NCBI RefSeq assembly: GCF_018350175.1
Contig: NC_058368.1
Coordinates: 94,800,001-94,864,000 of the forward strand
Direction of reading: 5' to 3'
Origin: Felis catus
Taxonomy: Eukaryota
DNA: 64,000 nt
In this document: piece by piece, positions 24,679-37,372 of the stretch
How positions within the stretch are numbered: the first letter of the stretch is position 1
Layout: each line of letters starts with the position of its first letter
Notes under the pieces: model-generated
Told to the model about the DNA's origin: nothing
Database searches by the model: none
What the model saw: the letters and a program-made list of their open reading frames with translations, nothing else
Made by a program: the position numbers and the translations under genes

Positions 24679-26255
24679 TTCCTGAAATGTATTTAATTGT
24701 GGATCCTTTCATTCCTTAAGGTACCACCATCGTTCCTATACACAGGTCAAAGAAAATATCATTCCCAAGCAATGTTAAATACATGCTACTTTTTCACAGA
24801 AATAAGATGGGTGTAAGGACAAATGGGAACTGAAACCTCTTCTCTTAGCATTCTCGTGTGAGTGCTTGGCATGAGTATTGAATACAAATAGAAAGGAACC
24901 AATTGCTAGAAAGGAACCAACGTGATATTTTTACACCTACTGCAAATAATATCTGAAGTTCTCCAGTCATAATTTGTAATTATTTTGAATTAGGAAAAAC
25001 CAAAAATAATAAAGAGGTAACATAAAATTATAGAATCTTATCATCCAGAATGGCTGTTAAAATGACATTTTGGTAGATTTTATTGAAGTGAGTTTTTTTC
25101 CTAGCCTTATATCTTTCTCATTCCTTTTTTCTCTTTTTTCTTCCTTTCCTAATACATTGGAATAATGCCATAAATACCATTTCGTACTTTGCTTTGCTTA
25201 TGTAACATTCTACAAGAGCATTTTTCCTGTCCTTTATCTAAAACATAATTTTAATGTATATTAAATAGCCCACCATGTGCATGAGCTATACTTTCTCTAG
25301 TTAGCCAATCTGTTGTTGGACATTTAGACTATTTCCAGTTTTTTAACATACTAAAGAACTCATTGGTGCATATTTTTATATCTGTAACCCCAACACTACA
25401 TCTGTCATTATATTAGCATAGGTTACTAGGGGTGGGATTATGTAAAAAGTATATAGATATATTTTCCAGTTTTATTATAAAATTATATATTATTATAAAA
25501 ATAGTAATATCCCATAGTCAATGTATTATGGGATGGGTCTGGAATCTGAATTTTTTATTTTTCTGGGACTCTCTTTCTACAAAGCCCTTCTGGCTCTGAC
25601 CAGTCTTTTGCTCTGACTCTATTCTTAAAGACAATCTTCTACACCTTATTCACTATTCCAGGGCTCAACAAACTATGTTCCACCCACCACTTGTTTTTAT
25701 CAAGTTTTATTGGAACAAAGCTCTAGTGGACAGGCTCCCAGTGACCCCTGCCTTTTGGTATTCACATTTCACTATAATCATCTGTCCTTGAGTGTGAACA
25801 CCACCTGTTACAGGCTCCTAACCACTCCAATATGGCAAAGAAATGGTATGTCACCCCCAGGATGGTTATGTTATGTAAAATTCTGTCATGCTACCAAACT
25901 CACTGTAGAGATTTTCTCCCTTCTCGGCTTTGAAGAAACAAGCTGCCATGTTGTAAGAGGGGCTGTCGACAGAGCCATGTGGCAGGGAACTGTGGGTGAC
26001 CTCTAGGAGCTGACCAGTAGCCAACAAGAAGTCGAGGCCCAAGGCCCTCAGCCCTACAGCTGCAAGGAAATAAATCTACAGACAACCTGAGTGCACTAGG
26101 AAGTGGATTCTTCCCCAGTCAAGCCTGTGGATAAGAACACAGTCCTAACTGACCGTGGTTGCAGCCTTGTGAGAGTCTACACGAAGGACCCAGAGTCCTG
26201 ACCCATGGTAATTGTGAGGTAAAAAATGTGTGTTTATTTAAACTTCTAACTGTAG

Positions 26256-26445
26256 GGGATGCCTGGGTGACTCAGTCAGTTAAGCATCTGACTTTAGCTC
26301 AGGTCATGATCTCACGGTTCATGAGTTCGAGCCCCACGTCAGGCTCTGTGCTGACAGGTGGGAGCTGGGAACCTGTTTTGGATTCTGTCTCCCTCTCTCT
26401 CTGCCCCTCCATCGCCCTCTCAAAACTAAATAAACATTAAAAATT
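26256..26445 (+). mobile_element. CanSINE
   Basis: Outer TSD taaac(t/a)tctaactg. Confidence 0.9.
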
Positions 26446-26455
26446 TTGTAATTAG

Positions 26456-26680
26456 GGGTTCCTGGGTGGCTCAGTTGGTTAAGCGTCTGACTTCAGCTCA
26501 GGTCATGATGTCACAGTCCATGAGTTCGAGCCCCGTGTTGGGTTCTGTGCTGATGGCTCAGAGCCTGGAGCCAGCTTCGGATTCTATGTCTCCCTCTCTC
26601 TCTGCCCCTCCCCTGCTCATGCTCTGTCTCTCTCTGTCTCAAAAATAAAAAAAAAAAAACAAGATTTAAAAATAAATTTT
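26456..26680 (+). mobile_element. CanSINE inserted in the tail of the previous SINE
   Basis: Full head, body and tail. Confidence 0.9.
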
Positions 26681-27039
26681 AATTAATCTATAAATAAATG
26701 AATAAACATCTAACTGCATAGTAATTTGTTAGAGTGTATTGGATGGCTAAAACAACAGCCGTGCTCTTTTGTTTACATGGAATCGTGTGGTCTCTGACTG
26801 CTTTTGCACTATAGAAGCAGAGATGAGTAGTCACAAAAGAGTACCTGACCCAGAAAGCCTAAAACATTTACTACACAGCTCTTTGTAGGAAAAATTTGCA
26901 GACTCGTGCCTTCTGCCGTGCTTCCCCGGTGCATCCCTAGAGGAATACAGCAGTTGCCATGGGCTACATAAATCTCTAAGGTGGATCTGGTATATGGTTT
27001 CATAGCATCACTGTAATTTTTGCCAGCCACGTGGCCATC

Positions 27040-27398
27040 AATTGGAAATTACATTTTCTATCCTCTGCAGCTACTGTAGCCACGTGACTAGGTCTCACCA
27101 ATGAAATGTGAGTGGAAATGACATTTGTCTCCAGTTTTCTTTGCCCTCTCTAGGGCTAAAAACAGATTTGCAACCGGGTCAGCTTTGGCTGAGCAGACGA
27201 GGATAATGCCGTCAGGAGTAGGGAGCAACAAGGTAGAAAGAAGCTGGGTCCCTCAATGTCCTGTCGAGCACTGCTGCTGATACGCCCTTGACAAGCTGCC
27301 ATCTGTATACCATCACATGAGAAGTTAAACATCTCTGTTTGAGCCACTGTGTTGGGGAACTTTTTAATACAGCCACTTAAACTCGAGCCTAACTAATA
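27040..27398 (+). mobile_element. Old MaLR LTR (MLT1H/I/J-like)
   Basis: gccacgtgactaggtctcaccaatgaaatgtgagtggaa...tgtttgagccactg...cctaactaata. Confidence 0.65.
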
Positions 27399-27450
27399 TG
27401 GGGGTAACCTGATTTTAATTAGCCAGTTATTTAGAGAATTTTTTAAAAGA

Positions 27451-28764
27451 TTTTTTTTTTAATGTGAAATTTATTGTCAAATTGGTTTCCATACAACACC
27501 CAGTGCTCATCCCGACAGGTGCCCTCCTCGATACCCATCACCCACTTTCCCCTGCCTCCCACCCCCCATCAACCCTCAGTTTATTCTCAGTTTTTAAGAG
27601 TCTCTTATGGTTTGGCTCCCTCCCTCTCTAACTTTTTTTTTCCCTCCCGCTCCCCCATGGTCTTCTGTTAAGTTTCTCAGGATCCACATAAGAGCAAAAA
27701 CATATGGTATCTATCTCTCTGTATGATTTATTTCACTTAGCATCACACTCTTCAGTTCCATACACATTGCTACAAAAGGCCATATAGTTCATTCTTTCTC
27801 ATTGCCAAGTAGTATTCCATTGTATATATAAACCACAATTTCTTTATCCATTCATCAGTTGATGGACATTTAAGCTCTTTCCATAATTTCGCTATTGTTG
27901 AAAGTGCTGTTATAAACATTGGGGTACAAGGGCCCCTATGCATCAGCACTCCTATATCCCTTGGGTAAATTCCTAGCAGTGCTATTGCTGGGTCATAGGA
28001 CACACAAAAAGATGGCCAACTAATCTTTGGCAAAGCAGGAAAGAATATCCGATAGAAAAAATGCAGTCTTTTTAACAAATGGTGCTGGGAGAACTGGACA
28101 GCAACATGCAGAAGAATGAAACTAGACCACTTTCTTACACATTCACAAAAATAAACTCAAAATGGATAAAGGACTTGAATGTGAGACAGGAAACCATCAA
28201 AACCCTAGAGGAGAAAGCAGGAAAAGACCTCTCTGACCTCAGCCGCAGCAATTTCTTACTTGACACATCTCCAAAGGCAAGGAAATTAAAAGCAAAAATG
28301 AACTCTTGGGACCTCATGAAGATAAAAAGCTTCTGCACTGCAAAGGAAACAATCAACAAAACTAAAAGGCAATTGACGAAATGGGAAAAGGTATTTGCAA
28401 ATGACATATCGGACAAAGGGCTAGCATCCAAAATCTATAAAGAACTCACCAAACTCCACACCCGATAAACAAATAATCCAGTGAAGAAATGGGCAGAAAA
28501 CATGAATAGACACTTCTCTCAAGAAGACATCCAGATGGCCAACAGGCACATGAAAAGATGCTCAATGTCACTCCTCATCAGGGAAATACAAATGAAAACC
28601 ACACTGAGATACCACCTCACACCGGTCAGAGTGGCCAGAATGAACAAATCAGGAGACTGTAGATGCTGGAGAGGATGTGGACTAATGGGAACCCTCTTGC
28701 ACTGTTGGTGGGACTGCAAACTGGTGCAGCCGCTCTGGAAAACAGTGCGGAAGTTGCTCAAAAA
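27451..28764 (-). mobile_element. Young felid L1, 5'-truncated with 5' inversion
   Basis: 27451-27999 is the reverse-complement 3' end; 28000-28764 is + strand ORF2 ([23 protein letters not shown]..., [10 protein letters not shown]...). Confidence 0.93.
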
Positions 28765-28765
28765 A

Positions 28766-28948
28766 GATTTATGTATTTTTGAGAGAACGCAAGCAGGTTA
28801 GGGACAGAGAGAGAGGGAGACAGAGGATCCGAAGCAGGCTCTACGCTGACAGCAGTGAGCCCAATGCAGGGGCTCGAACTCATGAACCGTGAAACCGTGG
28901 CCTGAGCCAAAGTCAGATGCTCAACTGACTGAGCCACCCAGGCACCCT
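28766..28948 (-). mobile_element. CanSINE whose tail hosts the inverted L1
   Basis: Reverse-complement element. Confidence 0.88.
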
Positions 28949-30498
28949 GACAGCATTTATATTTTTAAAGAGACATGAATATTTTGTGGCATATAGTTGA
29001 GAATACATATACATGTTAAGGAGAAAATGAGAAGCTTTAAAAATCTTTGTGCTGGCAGTCTACAGGCTAAACCCATGAGGCTACTGAGAAGATCACCCCC
29101 CTCCCCCAGTGTGGCTCCTTGGGGGAAAAGTTTGAGAAGCCTATGGATATGTATTGTAAATTTCCCCCAAAGGCTTCCCATAATCCTTTTTTCCCTGTTG
29201 AAGAAGAGGGCCAGGACAATTTTGACTTGTTCTGGCTCATTAGTCAGAAGCTGCTCAGGAATTAGAATGTGAGTTTCAGATGAGTCCATTTTGCTTCCCT
29301 GAAACTTTGGTTTTTGTCATCATTATGCAAATAGTTCTCGATACAACAGCCCCGTTGAATGCTAAAATTAGGAACACATTAATTTGAAGGATTTTATAGT
29401 AAAGCTTAATGGCATTTATAATTTTAGAGAATTTCAAGGATTTGATCACTGCTCCCTCCCTGCCTCCCCGCCGCCAAACATGTACTTTTGAGGCTTTTAA
29501 TAGTCCTCTGCTTCTCTCTGAGGTGTGAGGTGGTTCTCGGTGATCGAAGGCCTATGATTTAAATCCAAGCGATGGCAGTTTTCACAGCCTGCTTTGTTTA
29601 TTTGAAATGGAAAGTTTTTTCTTTCAAAAGAAATAGCCGGCAAAGAGAGGACGGTTGAAGCAGGCCCGTCTAAAAATCTAGAAGATGCCGCAGGATTAGT
29701 GAAACTGGCAGGAAAAATAATGAATACGTAATCAGGTTCCCTTAGTAAAAACCCAGAGTTCAGTCATTTTTAGCATCTTTTAATGAGAATCTGAGAATCT
29801 CATTTTCTAAATGACTTGGGTTTTTTAAAGTATTTTTTCTTCCGAGGAATGTAGGTAAAGGACAGAAGGGGAAAGAAAGACATTAATAGTACATTTGCCA
29901 GTTGCATTTATTTCTGGAACTGAGTTTTGAAGAACACAATACATCCCACCTGAACTGTTTAAGGAAAAGTCAATAACAAGGTTTTTCTCGTCTGTAATAA
30001 ATGTAGATTCGCCCGGAGGCACAGAGCTGCGTGGTTTCTCAAGGTCTTTCCCCATCCCGCCTTGCTCCCGATGATGCCAGATTTCCTTTTCTGCTGTCTC
30101 TAATCCGCGTTTCACATTCTTCCTGCAAGTTCACTTCACACTCTTCTTCCAGGCTACTCACGGACAAAACTGTCCCCAGAACCAGGTGGCTGTATCACTG
30201 CCACCTTGGATGCCTCAGCATCCCTCCCCACCCGCAAATGGGGTTATGCTCTGGCAGCAGAACACAGTAATTTTCCAAGCGATCGGAGAGAGTGGTGACT
30301 TATCCATCCCAGGCCATGTGCTCTACTTTGCAAGTCCAGCCTCTCACCCTGTTAACATGCTGATGATGTAAGTAATCCTGTGGACATCAGGGTCCTTAAG
30401 AAGTGTTGGCTGAGGGGATGAACAGAGTACATAGTTTTCCTCCCCACGCCTCTCTTATTTTCACAGTACCATCTGAATTCTTTAAAACAAACAAAACC

Positions 30499-30665
30499 AG
30501 GGCACCTGCATAGCTCAGTCAGTTAAGTGTTCGACTTCCGCTTGGGTCGTGATCTCTTGGTTCGTGGGTTCAACCCTCGAGCATCGGGCTCTGTGCTGAC
30601 AGCTCAGAGCCTGGAGCCTGCTTCAGATTCTGTGTCTCCCTCTCTCTCTGCCCCTCCCGTGCTCA

Positions 30666-30713
<48 letters not shown>

Positions 30714-30735
30714 AATAAATAAAAAAAGATTTTAA
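30499..30735 (+). mobile_element. CanSINE with long (CT)n
   Basis: TSD aaacaaaacca. Confidence 0.92.
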
Positions 30736-31444
30736 ACAAAACCATCATAACTCTCAGATTTACAAGAGTACAAGAGTACCTTTCAAACTGATTTGGCAAT
30801 ACGTTAGTCGTCCCACCAGGGAATGGCCACATCTCTTCTGGGGAGGATCTCTGGAAAGTCACTGAGCCTTCATTCATCAAGCAGAAAATGTACCTGCACA
30901 GGGTAACAGCCGGCTAACCTGCTAGACACCCAGCTTTCTCCATCCAGAGTGTTAAAATAAAGCAAGATCTCCCACTGCTCTGAGACATGTGACAGTCATG
31001 AAGTTGACCCAGACAGGTTTTTGGTGCCGATGTCCTGAAGACTGGAAAGCAATTACATTCCTACCAAATTCAGAGATGATTTATATAGCAGGGTCAAATG
31101 AGGTGCTCCGGAAAGACATCAGCAACCCTCTTACATAGAGGTGTATGTAAAGTATATATAGACTTTGTGAGCTCATCATCCAGATTTTAATTTCCTGTCA
31201 AAGAGTCTACCTTGATTAATGACACACACATACACATACTGCCTACAAAGAGGCTTTCCTCACTGGTGTGGGGCGATTCAGTGACAAGGTTTTAGAAAGA
31301 GGTCTCCACTTACATGGCACAGATTGTTTCAGGTCATCCCAAATACACAGGCGGGGCAAAAATTCGAAAATGTTCACCTAGATAAGACAGGACGCAAGCA
31401 AGGTGCAGAGAACCATGAAGAAAGCTGTTTAGTAACATTTAAAA

Positions 31445-31656
31445 TTTTTGTTTAATATTTATTTACTTTTGAGAGAGAGTGTGTGTGTGTGTGAGCAGGG
31501 GAGGAGCAGAGAGAGAGGGAGACACAGAATCCAAAGCAGGCCCCAGGCTCCGAGCTGTCAGCACAGAGCCTGACGTGAGGCTCAAACTCACAAACCATGA
31601 GATCATGACCTGAGCCAAAGTCAGACACATAACCGACTGAGCCACCCAGGTGCCCC
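31445..31656 (-). mobile_element. CanSINE
   Basis: Reverse-complement element. Confidence 0.92.
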
Positions 31657-32377
31657 TGTTCACTAACATTTTAATTAAAAATCTCCCTATGCAGCCAACT
31701 GTGTTTTTAGATGTAGAGTCCAGGGTGAGGGATGATTTTCTTCTTGAGTGATGATTTATAACATCCAGCTTTTCTACCTCATGGCCAAAAGTCCTCTCAC
31801 TGTCCAAGTTTTGGTGTTTCTTACTGCATCATATGTTCTGCACTGCATGTGGTCTCAAGTGATTAGAGTAGTAATAAAAAACAAGTTTGGATGCATCAAC
31901 CTTCTGGACTTGCAGATTACCCAGAGCATGTGTGCCTCATTCAGCAGGCTCGGAGAACTTTGGGAACAGTTGCCTTCACTAGGGATGCTCTTAACCTCCC
32001 TTTGTGTGTTTGGGTCAGTGACCTTACTAAGTTCTGCCTGGCAGGCTTAGATGTGTTGATAGGTGCCCTGAGCTGTTGGACCAGGAGAGTGTAACCACCA
32101 TCTGTAGGGTTATTCCTTCAGGCACTCTCTGAGAATCTGCCCAAGTGTGCTGATCTTAGAGTGCTATGATTCTCCTCTACTGGCTTCCAGGAACCACTCT
32201 CCCATTCCTGATTTTCCTGGGGTTCATGGTATTCCCTTAAATGCACTTATACTTTTGGATCCCTTTTCTTTAGGTTACACTTTCAGTTAAATTTACAATC
32301 TGGATAATCTCAAAGACATTTTAAAATTACTTCCTTTTTTTCAACAAAAATCCTCACTAGAGTTTCTATGGTTTTAA

Positions 32378-32589
32378 TTTTTTTTTTTTTTAATGTTTAT
32401 TTTTGAGAGAGAGAACACAAGCTGGGGAGGGGTAAAGAAAGAGAGAGAGAGAGGGAATCAGAGAGGGAGTCACAAGTAGGCTCTGTGCTGCCAGCAGAGA
32501 GCGCTATGCAGGGCTTGAACTCAAGAACCATGAGATCATGACCTGAGCCGAAGTCAGACACTTAACCAACTGAGTCACCCAGGCATCCC
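32378..32589 (-). mobile_element. CanSINE
   Basis: Reverse-complement element. Confidence 0.9.
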
Positions 32590-32696
32590 AATAGTATTTC
32601 TATTAAAAAGTTCAAATATTCTTAAATGCTAATAAGCGTCATTCTACTTTAGCCCTATTTCTGCGTTCTCATTCTACACAATTTTATATGTCTGTC

Positions 32697-34879
32697 TTTA
32701 TTTTTTTAATTCCAGTATGGTTAGCATACAGTGCTATATCTGTTTGAAGTATACCCTATAGTTATTCAACACTTCCATACGTCACTCGGTGCTCATCGCA
32801 GCAAGTAAGCTCCTTAATCCCCATCACCTATTTCCCCTGCTCCCCACCCCCTTCCCTCTGGTAACCATCAGTTTGTTCTCTATAGTTAAGAGTCTGTTTC
32901 TTGGTTTGTCTCTCTCTTTTTTCCTTTGCTCATCTGTTTTGTTTCTTAAATTCCACTTATGCATGAAATCATACGGTATTTATCTTTCTCTGACTACATC
33001 ATACTTCCTAGCTCCATCCATGTCATGGCAAATGGCAAGATCTCATCCTTTTCATGGCTGAATAATATCCGTGTGTGTGTGTGTGTATACTACACCTTTA
33101 TCCATTTATCTATCGATGGACCCTTGGGCTGTTCCATAATTTGGCTATTGTAAATAATGCTGCAATAAACATAGGAGTGCATGTGTCCCTTTGACTTAGT
33201 GTTTTTGTATTTAATTTCGGGGTAAGTACCTAGTATTTATCTAGTTGTACAATTACTGGGTTGTAGGGTAGTTCTATTTTTAACTTTTTGAGGAACCTCC
33301 ATACTGTTTTCCAGACTGGCTGCACAAGTTTCCATTCCGACCAACAGTGCAAGAGCGTTCCTTTTTCCTCCACATCCTTGCCGATACTTGTTATTTCTTA
33401 CGTTTTTTACTTTAGCCATTCTGACAGGTGTGAGATTATATCTCTTTGTAGTTCTGACTTACATTTCCCTGATGATGAGTGATGTTGAGCATCTTTTCAT
33501 GCATCTGTTGGCCATCTGTATGTCTTCTTTGAAGAAATGTCTTTTCATGTTTTCTGCCCATTTTTAATTGGATTATTTGTTGTGGGGCGTGTTGAGTTGT
33601 ATTCTTTATATATTTTGGATACTAACCCTTTATCGGATATGTCATTTGCAAATATCTTCTCCCATTCCATAAGTTGCCTTTTAGTTTTATTAGTTGTTCC
33701 ATTCATTTGCACAAGTTTATTTTAATATAGTCCCAGTGGTTATATTTACTTTTTTTTCCCTTGTCTCGGGAGACCTATCTAGAAAAATGTTGCTATGACT
33801 GATGCCGGAGACCTTACTGCCTATGCTCTCTTGTAGGATTTTTTATGGTTTCAGATCTCATATTTAGATCTTTAGTCCATTTTGAGTTTATTGTTGTGTG
33901 TGGTGTAAGAAAGTGGTCCAGTTTCATTCTTTTGCAATCTGCTGTCCAGTTTTCCCTACACCATTTGTTGAGGAAATGGTTTTCCCCCCCCCATTGGATA
34001 TTCTTTCCTGCTTTGTCAAAGATTAACTGACCATGTAAATGTGGATTTATTTCTGGTTTTTCTGTTCTCTTGCATTGATCTTTTGTCTATTTATGTGTCA
34101 GTACCATAGTATTTTGATTACTATAGCTTTGTAATATAACTTGAAGTCTGAAATTGTGATGCCTCCAGTTTTGCTTTTCTTTTTCAAGATTGCTTTGGCT
34201 ATTTGGGGTCTTTTGTGGTTCCATATAAACTTTAAGATTGTTCTAGCTCTGTGAAAAATGCTATTGGTATTTTAAGGGATTTCATTAAATGTATAGATTG
34301 CTTTGTGTACTATATGCATTTTAACAATATTTGTTCTTCCGATATGTGAGCATGGAATGTCTTTCCATTTCTTCGTGTCTTCTTCAGTTCTGTCATAAAT
34401 GTTTTATAGCTTTCAGAGTACAGGTCTTTCACCTCGGTTAGGTTTATTCCTAGGTATCTTATTATTTTTAGTGCAGTTATAAACGGTATTGTTTTCTTAA
34501 TTTCTCTTTCTGCTGCTTCACTATTAGTATATAGAAATGGAATAGATTTCGGGGCGCCTGGGTGGCTCAGTCTGTTAAGCGTCCGACCTTGGCTCCGGTC
34601 ATGATCTCGTGGTCCCTGAGTTCGAGCCCCATGTCGGGCTCTGTGCTGACAGCTCAGAGCCTGGAGCCCGCTTCGGATTCTGTGTCTCCCTCTTTCTCTC
34701 TCCTCCCCCCACCTCATGCTCTGTCTCTCTCTTCTCAAAAATAAATAAACATTAAAAAAATTTAAAAAAAAAGAAATGGAATAGATTTCTTCACAGTGAT
34801 TTTGTATCCTGCACTTTTACTGAATTCACTTGTCAGTTGTAGCAATTTTTTGGTAGAGTCTTTCAGGTTTTCTGTATGT
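32697..34879 (-). mobile_element. Carnivore L1, 5'-truncated, about 2 kb
   Basis: Reverse-complement 3'UTR plus ORF2 (EREIKKTIPFIT...YLGINLT). Confidence 0.93.
34551..34772 (+). mobile_element. CanSINE in L1
   Basis: Perfect TSD agaaatggaatagatttc. Confidence 0.95.
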
Positions 34880-35241
34880 CAGTTAATTGCTATATTTAGC
34901 TGTTATTTAGTTAATTGCTATATTTAGTGTATTCTGTGCTGGGACATCCAGGTTACAAAAGTGTCTACTTAAAAAGGTGGGGCCTCAAAAAGTCTAATTT
35001 TCTTTCTGTGGAATCCTATCTTTGAGAAGAGAGTAATTGCCCTATAATTAAATAATTACTCCCTATTTCATCAGCTAAGACTAAATATGTATTCTACATT
35101 TTACTAAAGAATCATATATTTTATTATTTCACAAGCTTCTCTGTACAAGTTTTAAATAGAACATTTATTGTGCAGAGAGGGTGAATGTTTTATAGGGGAA
35201 AACTATTTCTAGTTCTCTACTTACTTTCCTATTGTCCCTAT

Positions 35242-35246
<5 letters not shown>

Positions 35247-35283
<37 letters not shown>
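35247..35283. repeat. (CT)n microsatellite
   Basis: Direct observation. Confidence 0.95.
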
Positions 35284-35286
<3 letters not shown>

Positions 35287-35355
35287 TTCCAGTGTCTCTT
35301 AAGGGAAAATGATTTGCCATTCCATTTGATCAATTATAAGATATTGGTTGTCATC

Positions 35356-37372
35356 ATACTATACATAGAAAACTCTAAAGGCTCCACTAAAAAACTCCTA
35401 GAAGAAATAAATTGATTCAGTAAAGTTGCAGAATATAAAGTTAATAGCCAGACATTGGTAGTGTTTCTATACACTAATAACAAAAGTAGCAGAAAGAGAA
35501 ATTAAGAAAACAATTCCATTTATAATTGTACCAAAAATAATAAGATACCTAGGACTAAATTTAACCAAGGAGGCGAAAGAACCCTACTCTGAAAACTATA
35601 AAACATTGATGACAGAATTTGAAGAAGACACAAATGGAAAGATATTCCATGTTTGTGGATTGGAAGGGTTCATAATTGTACAGTGTCCAGACTACTACCC
35701 AAATCGATCTATAGATTTGATGTAATCCCTATCAAAATACCAACAGCATATTTCACAGAACTAGAAAAAAAAATCCTAAAATTTACATAGAACCACAAAA
35801 GACCCAGAATAGCCAAAGCAGTCTTGAGAAAGAAAAACAAAATTGGTGGTATCACAATTCGAGATTGAAGATATACTACAAACCTGTAGTAATCAAAGCA
35901 GTATGGTACTGGCACAAACATAGACACATAGATCAATGGAACAGAATAGATCCCAGAAATAAACCCATGCTTATATGGTCAATTACTCTGTGTCAAGGGA
36001 GGCAAGAATATACAGTGGGAAAAACAGTTTCTTCAACAAATGGTGTTGGGAAAACTGGACAGCTCCCTGCAAAAGAATGAAACATTCTTACACCATACAC
36101 AAAAATAAACCAAAATGGCTTAAGACCTAAATGTGAGACCTGAAACCACAAAACTCCTGGAAGAGAAAATAGGCAATAATTTCTCTGACATCAGCCATAG
36201 CAGTATTTTTCTATATATGTCTCCTGAAACAAGGGAAACAAAAGCAAAAATAAACTGTTGAGACACATGAAAATAAAAAGCTTTTGTGTGGTGAAGAAAA
36301 CCATCAAGAAAAGAGGCAAACTACTAAATGGAAGAAGATAGTTGCAAATGATATATCTGATAATGGGTTAATATCCAAAATATATGTAAAGAGCTAATAT
36401 AACTAAATACCAAAATCACAGTCTGGTTAAAAAACGAGCAGAAGACCTGAATAGACATTTTCCCAAAGAAGACATCCAGATGGCCAGCAGACACATGAAA
36501 AGATGCTCAGCATCACTTATTATCAGGGAAATGCAAGCCAAAACACCATAAAATATCACCTTACACCTGTCAGAATGGCTAAAATAAAAAAAGACAAGTT
36601 AACAAGTGTTGGTGAGGATTTGGAGAAAAAGGACTTGTGCACTGTTGGTGGGAATGCAAATTGATGTATCCACTGTGGAAAACAGTAAGGAGGTTCCTCG
36701 AAAAATTAAAAATAAAAATACTATATTATTCAATAGTTCCATTACTGGATATTTATCCAAAGAAAACAGAAACACTAATTCAAAAATGTATTTGCACCCC
36801 TATGTCTATTGCAGCATTACTTACAACAGCCAAGATAGAGAAACAACCCAAGTGTCCATCAATAGATGAATGGGTAAAGAAGGTGTAGAACAATGGAATA
36901 TTGCTCAGCATTAAAAAGGATGAAATTGTGCCATTTGTGCCAGCATGGATGAACCTAGAAGGTATCGGTCTAAGTAAATATGTCAGGCTGAGAAAGACAA
37001 ATACCAGATGTCTCCACACATATGCAGAATCCAGGAAAAAAAAAAAAAAAAGCAGAATCAAACCTATAAATACAGAGAACAAACTAATGGTTGCCAGAGG
37101 GGAGAAGGGCTGGGGGATGGGCAAAATGAGCGAAGGGGAGTGGGAGATACAGGCTTCCTATTATGGAATGGATAAGTCACGGTAATAAAAGGCACAGCAC
37201 AGGGAACACAGCGGTATTGTAAAGGCATTGTGTGGTGACAGATGGTGACTACACTTGTGGTGAGCATAACGTAACGTATAAAGAAGTTGAATGCCATGTT
37301 GTACACCTGAAACTAACATAAAATTGTGTGTCAACAGTACTGAAATCAAGTTTTTTCTAAAAATTAAAAAAA
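35356..37372 (+). mobile_element. Carnivore L1, 5'-truncated, about 2 kb
   Basis: ORF2 remnants (YYKPVVIKAVWYWHKHRHIDQWNRI; HCWWECKL), 3'UTR tgtacacctgaaactaa, A-tail. Confidence 0.93.

Larger units (their letters stand above)
25722..26754 (+). mobile_element. MaLR solo LTR (MLT1E/F-like) interrupted by two SINEs
   Basis: ggctttgaagaaacaagctgccatgttg...cagccctacagctgcaaggaa...ggattcttccccagtcaagcc; 5-bp TSD aaagc/acagc. Confidence 0.85.
25659..26908 (+). mobile_element. MER58A-like hAT-Charlie fossil split in two (25659-25721 and 26755-26908)
   Basis: cagggctcaacaaactat...aagttttattggaaca and gcagagatgagtag...aaagcctaaaacatttacta...aaaaatttgcagactc match the recalled MER58A halves. Confidence 0.8.

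Noticed and set aside
24889..24920. 14-bp direct repeat tagaaaggaaccaa; similarly atgtcctataa x2 near 48040
   Set aside because: Ordinary slippage micro-duplications.
28079..28801. ORFs with clear protein homology
   Set aside because: C-terminal L1 ORF2 fragments in a truncated, inverted copy; not a host gene or an active element.
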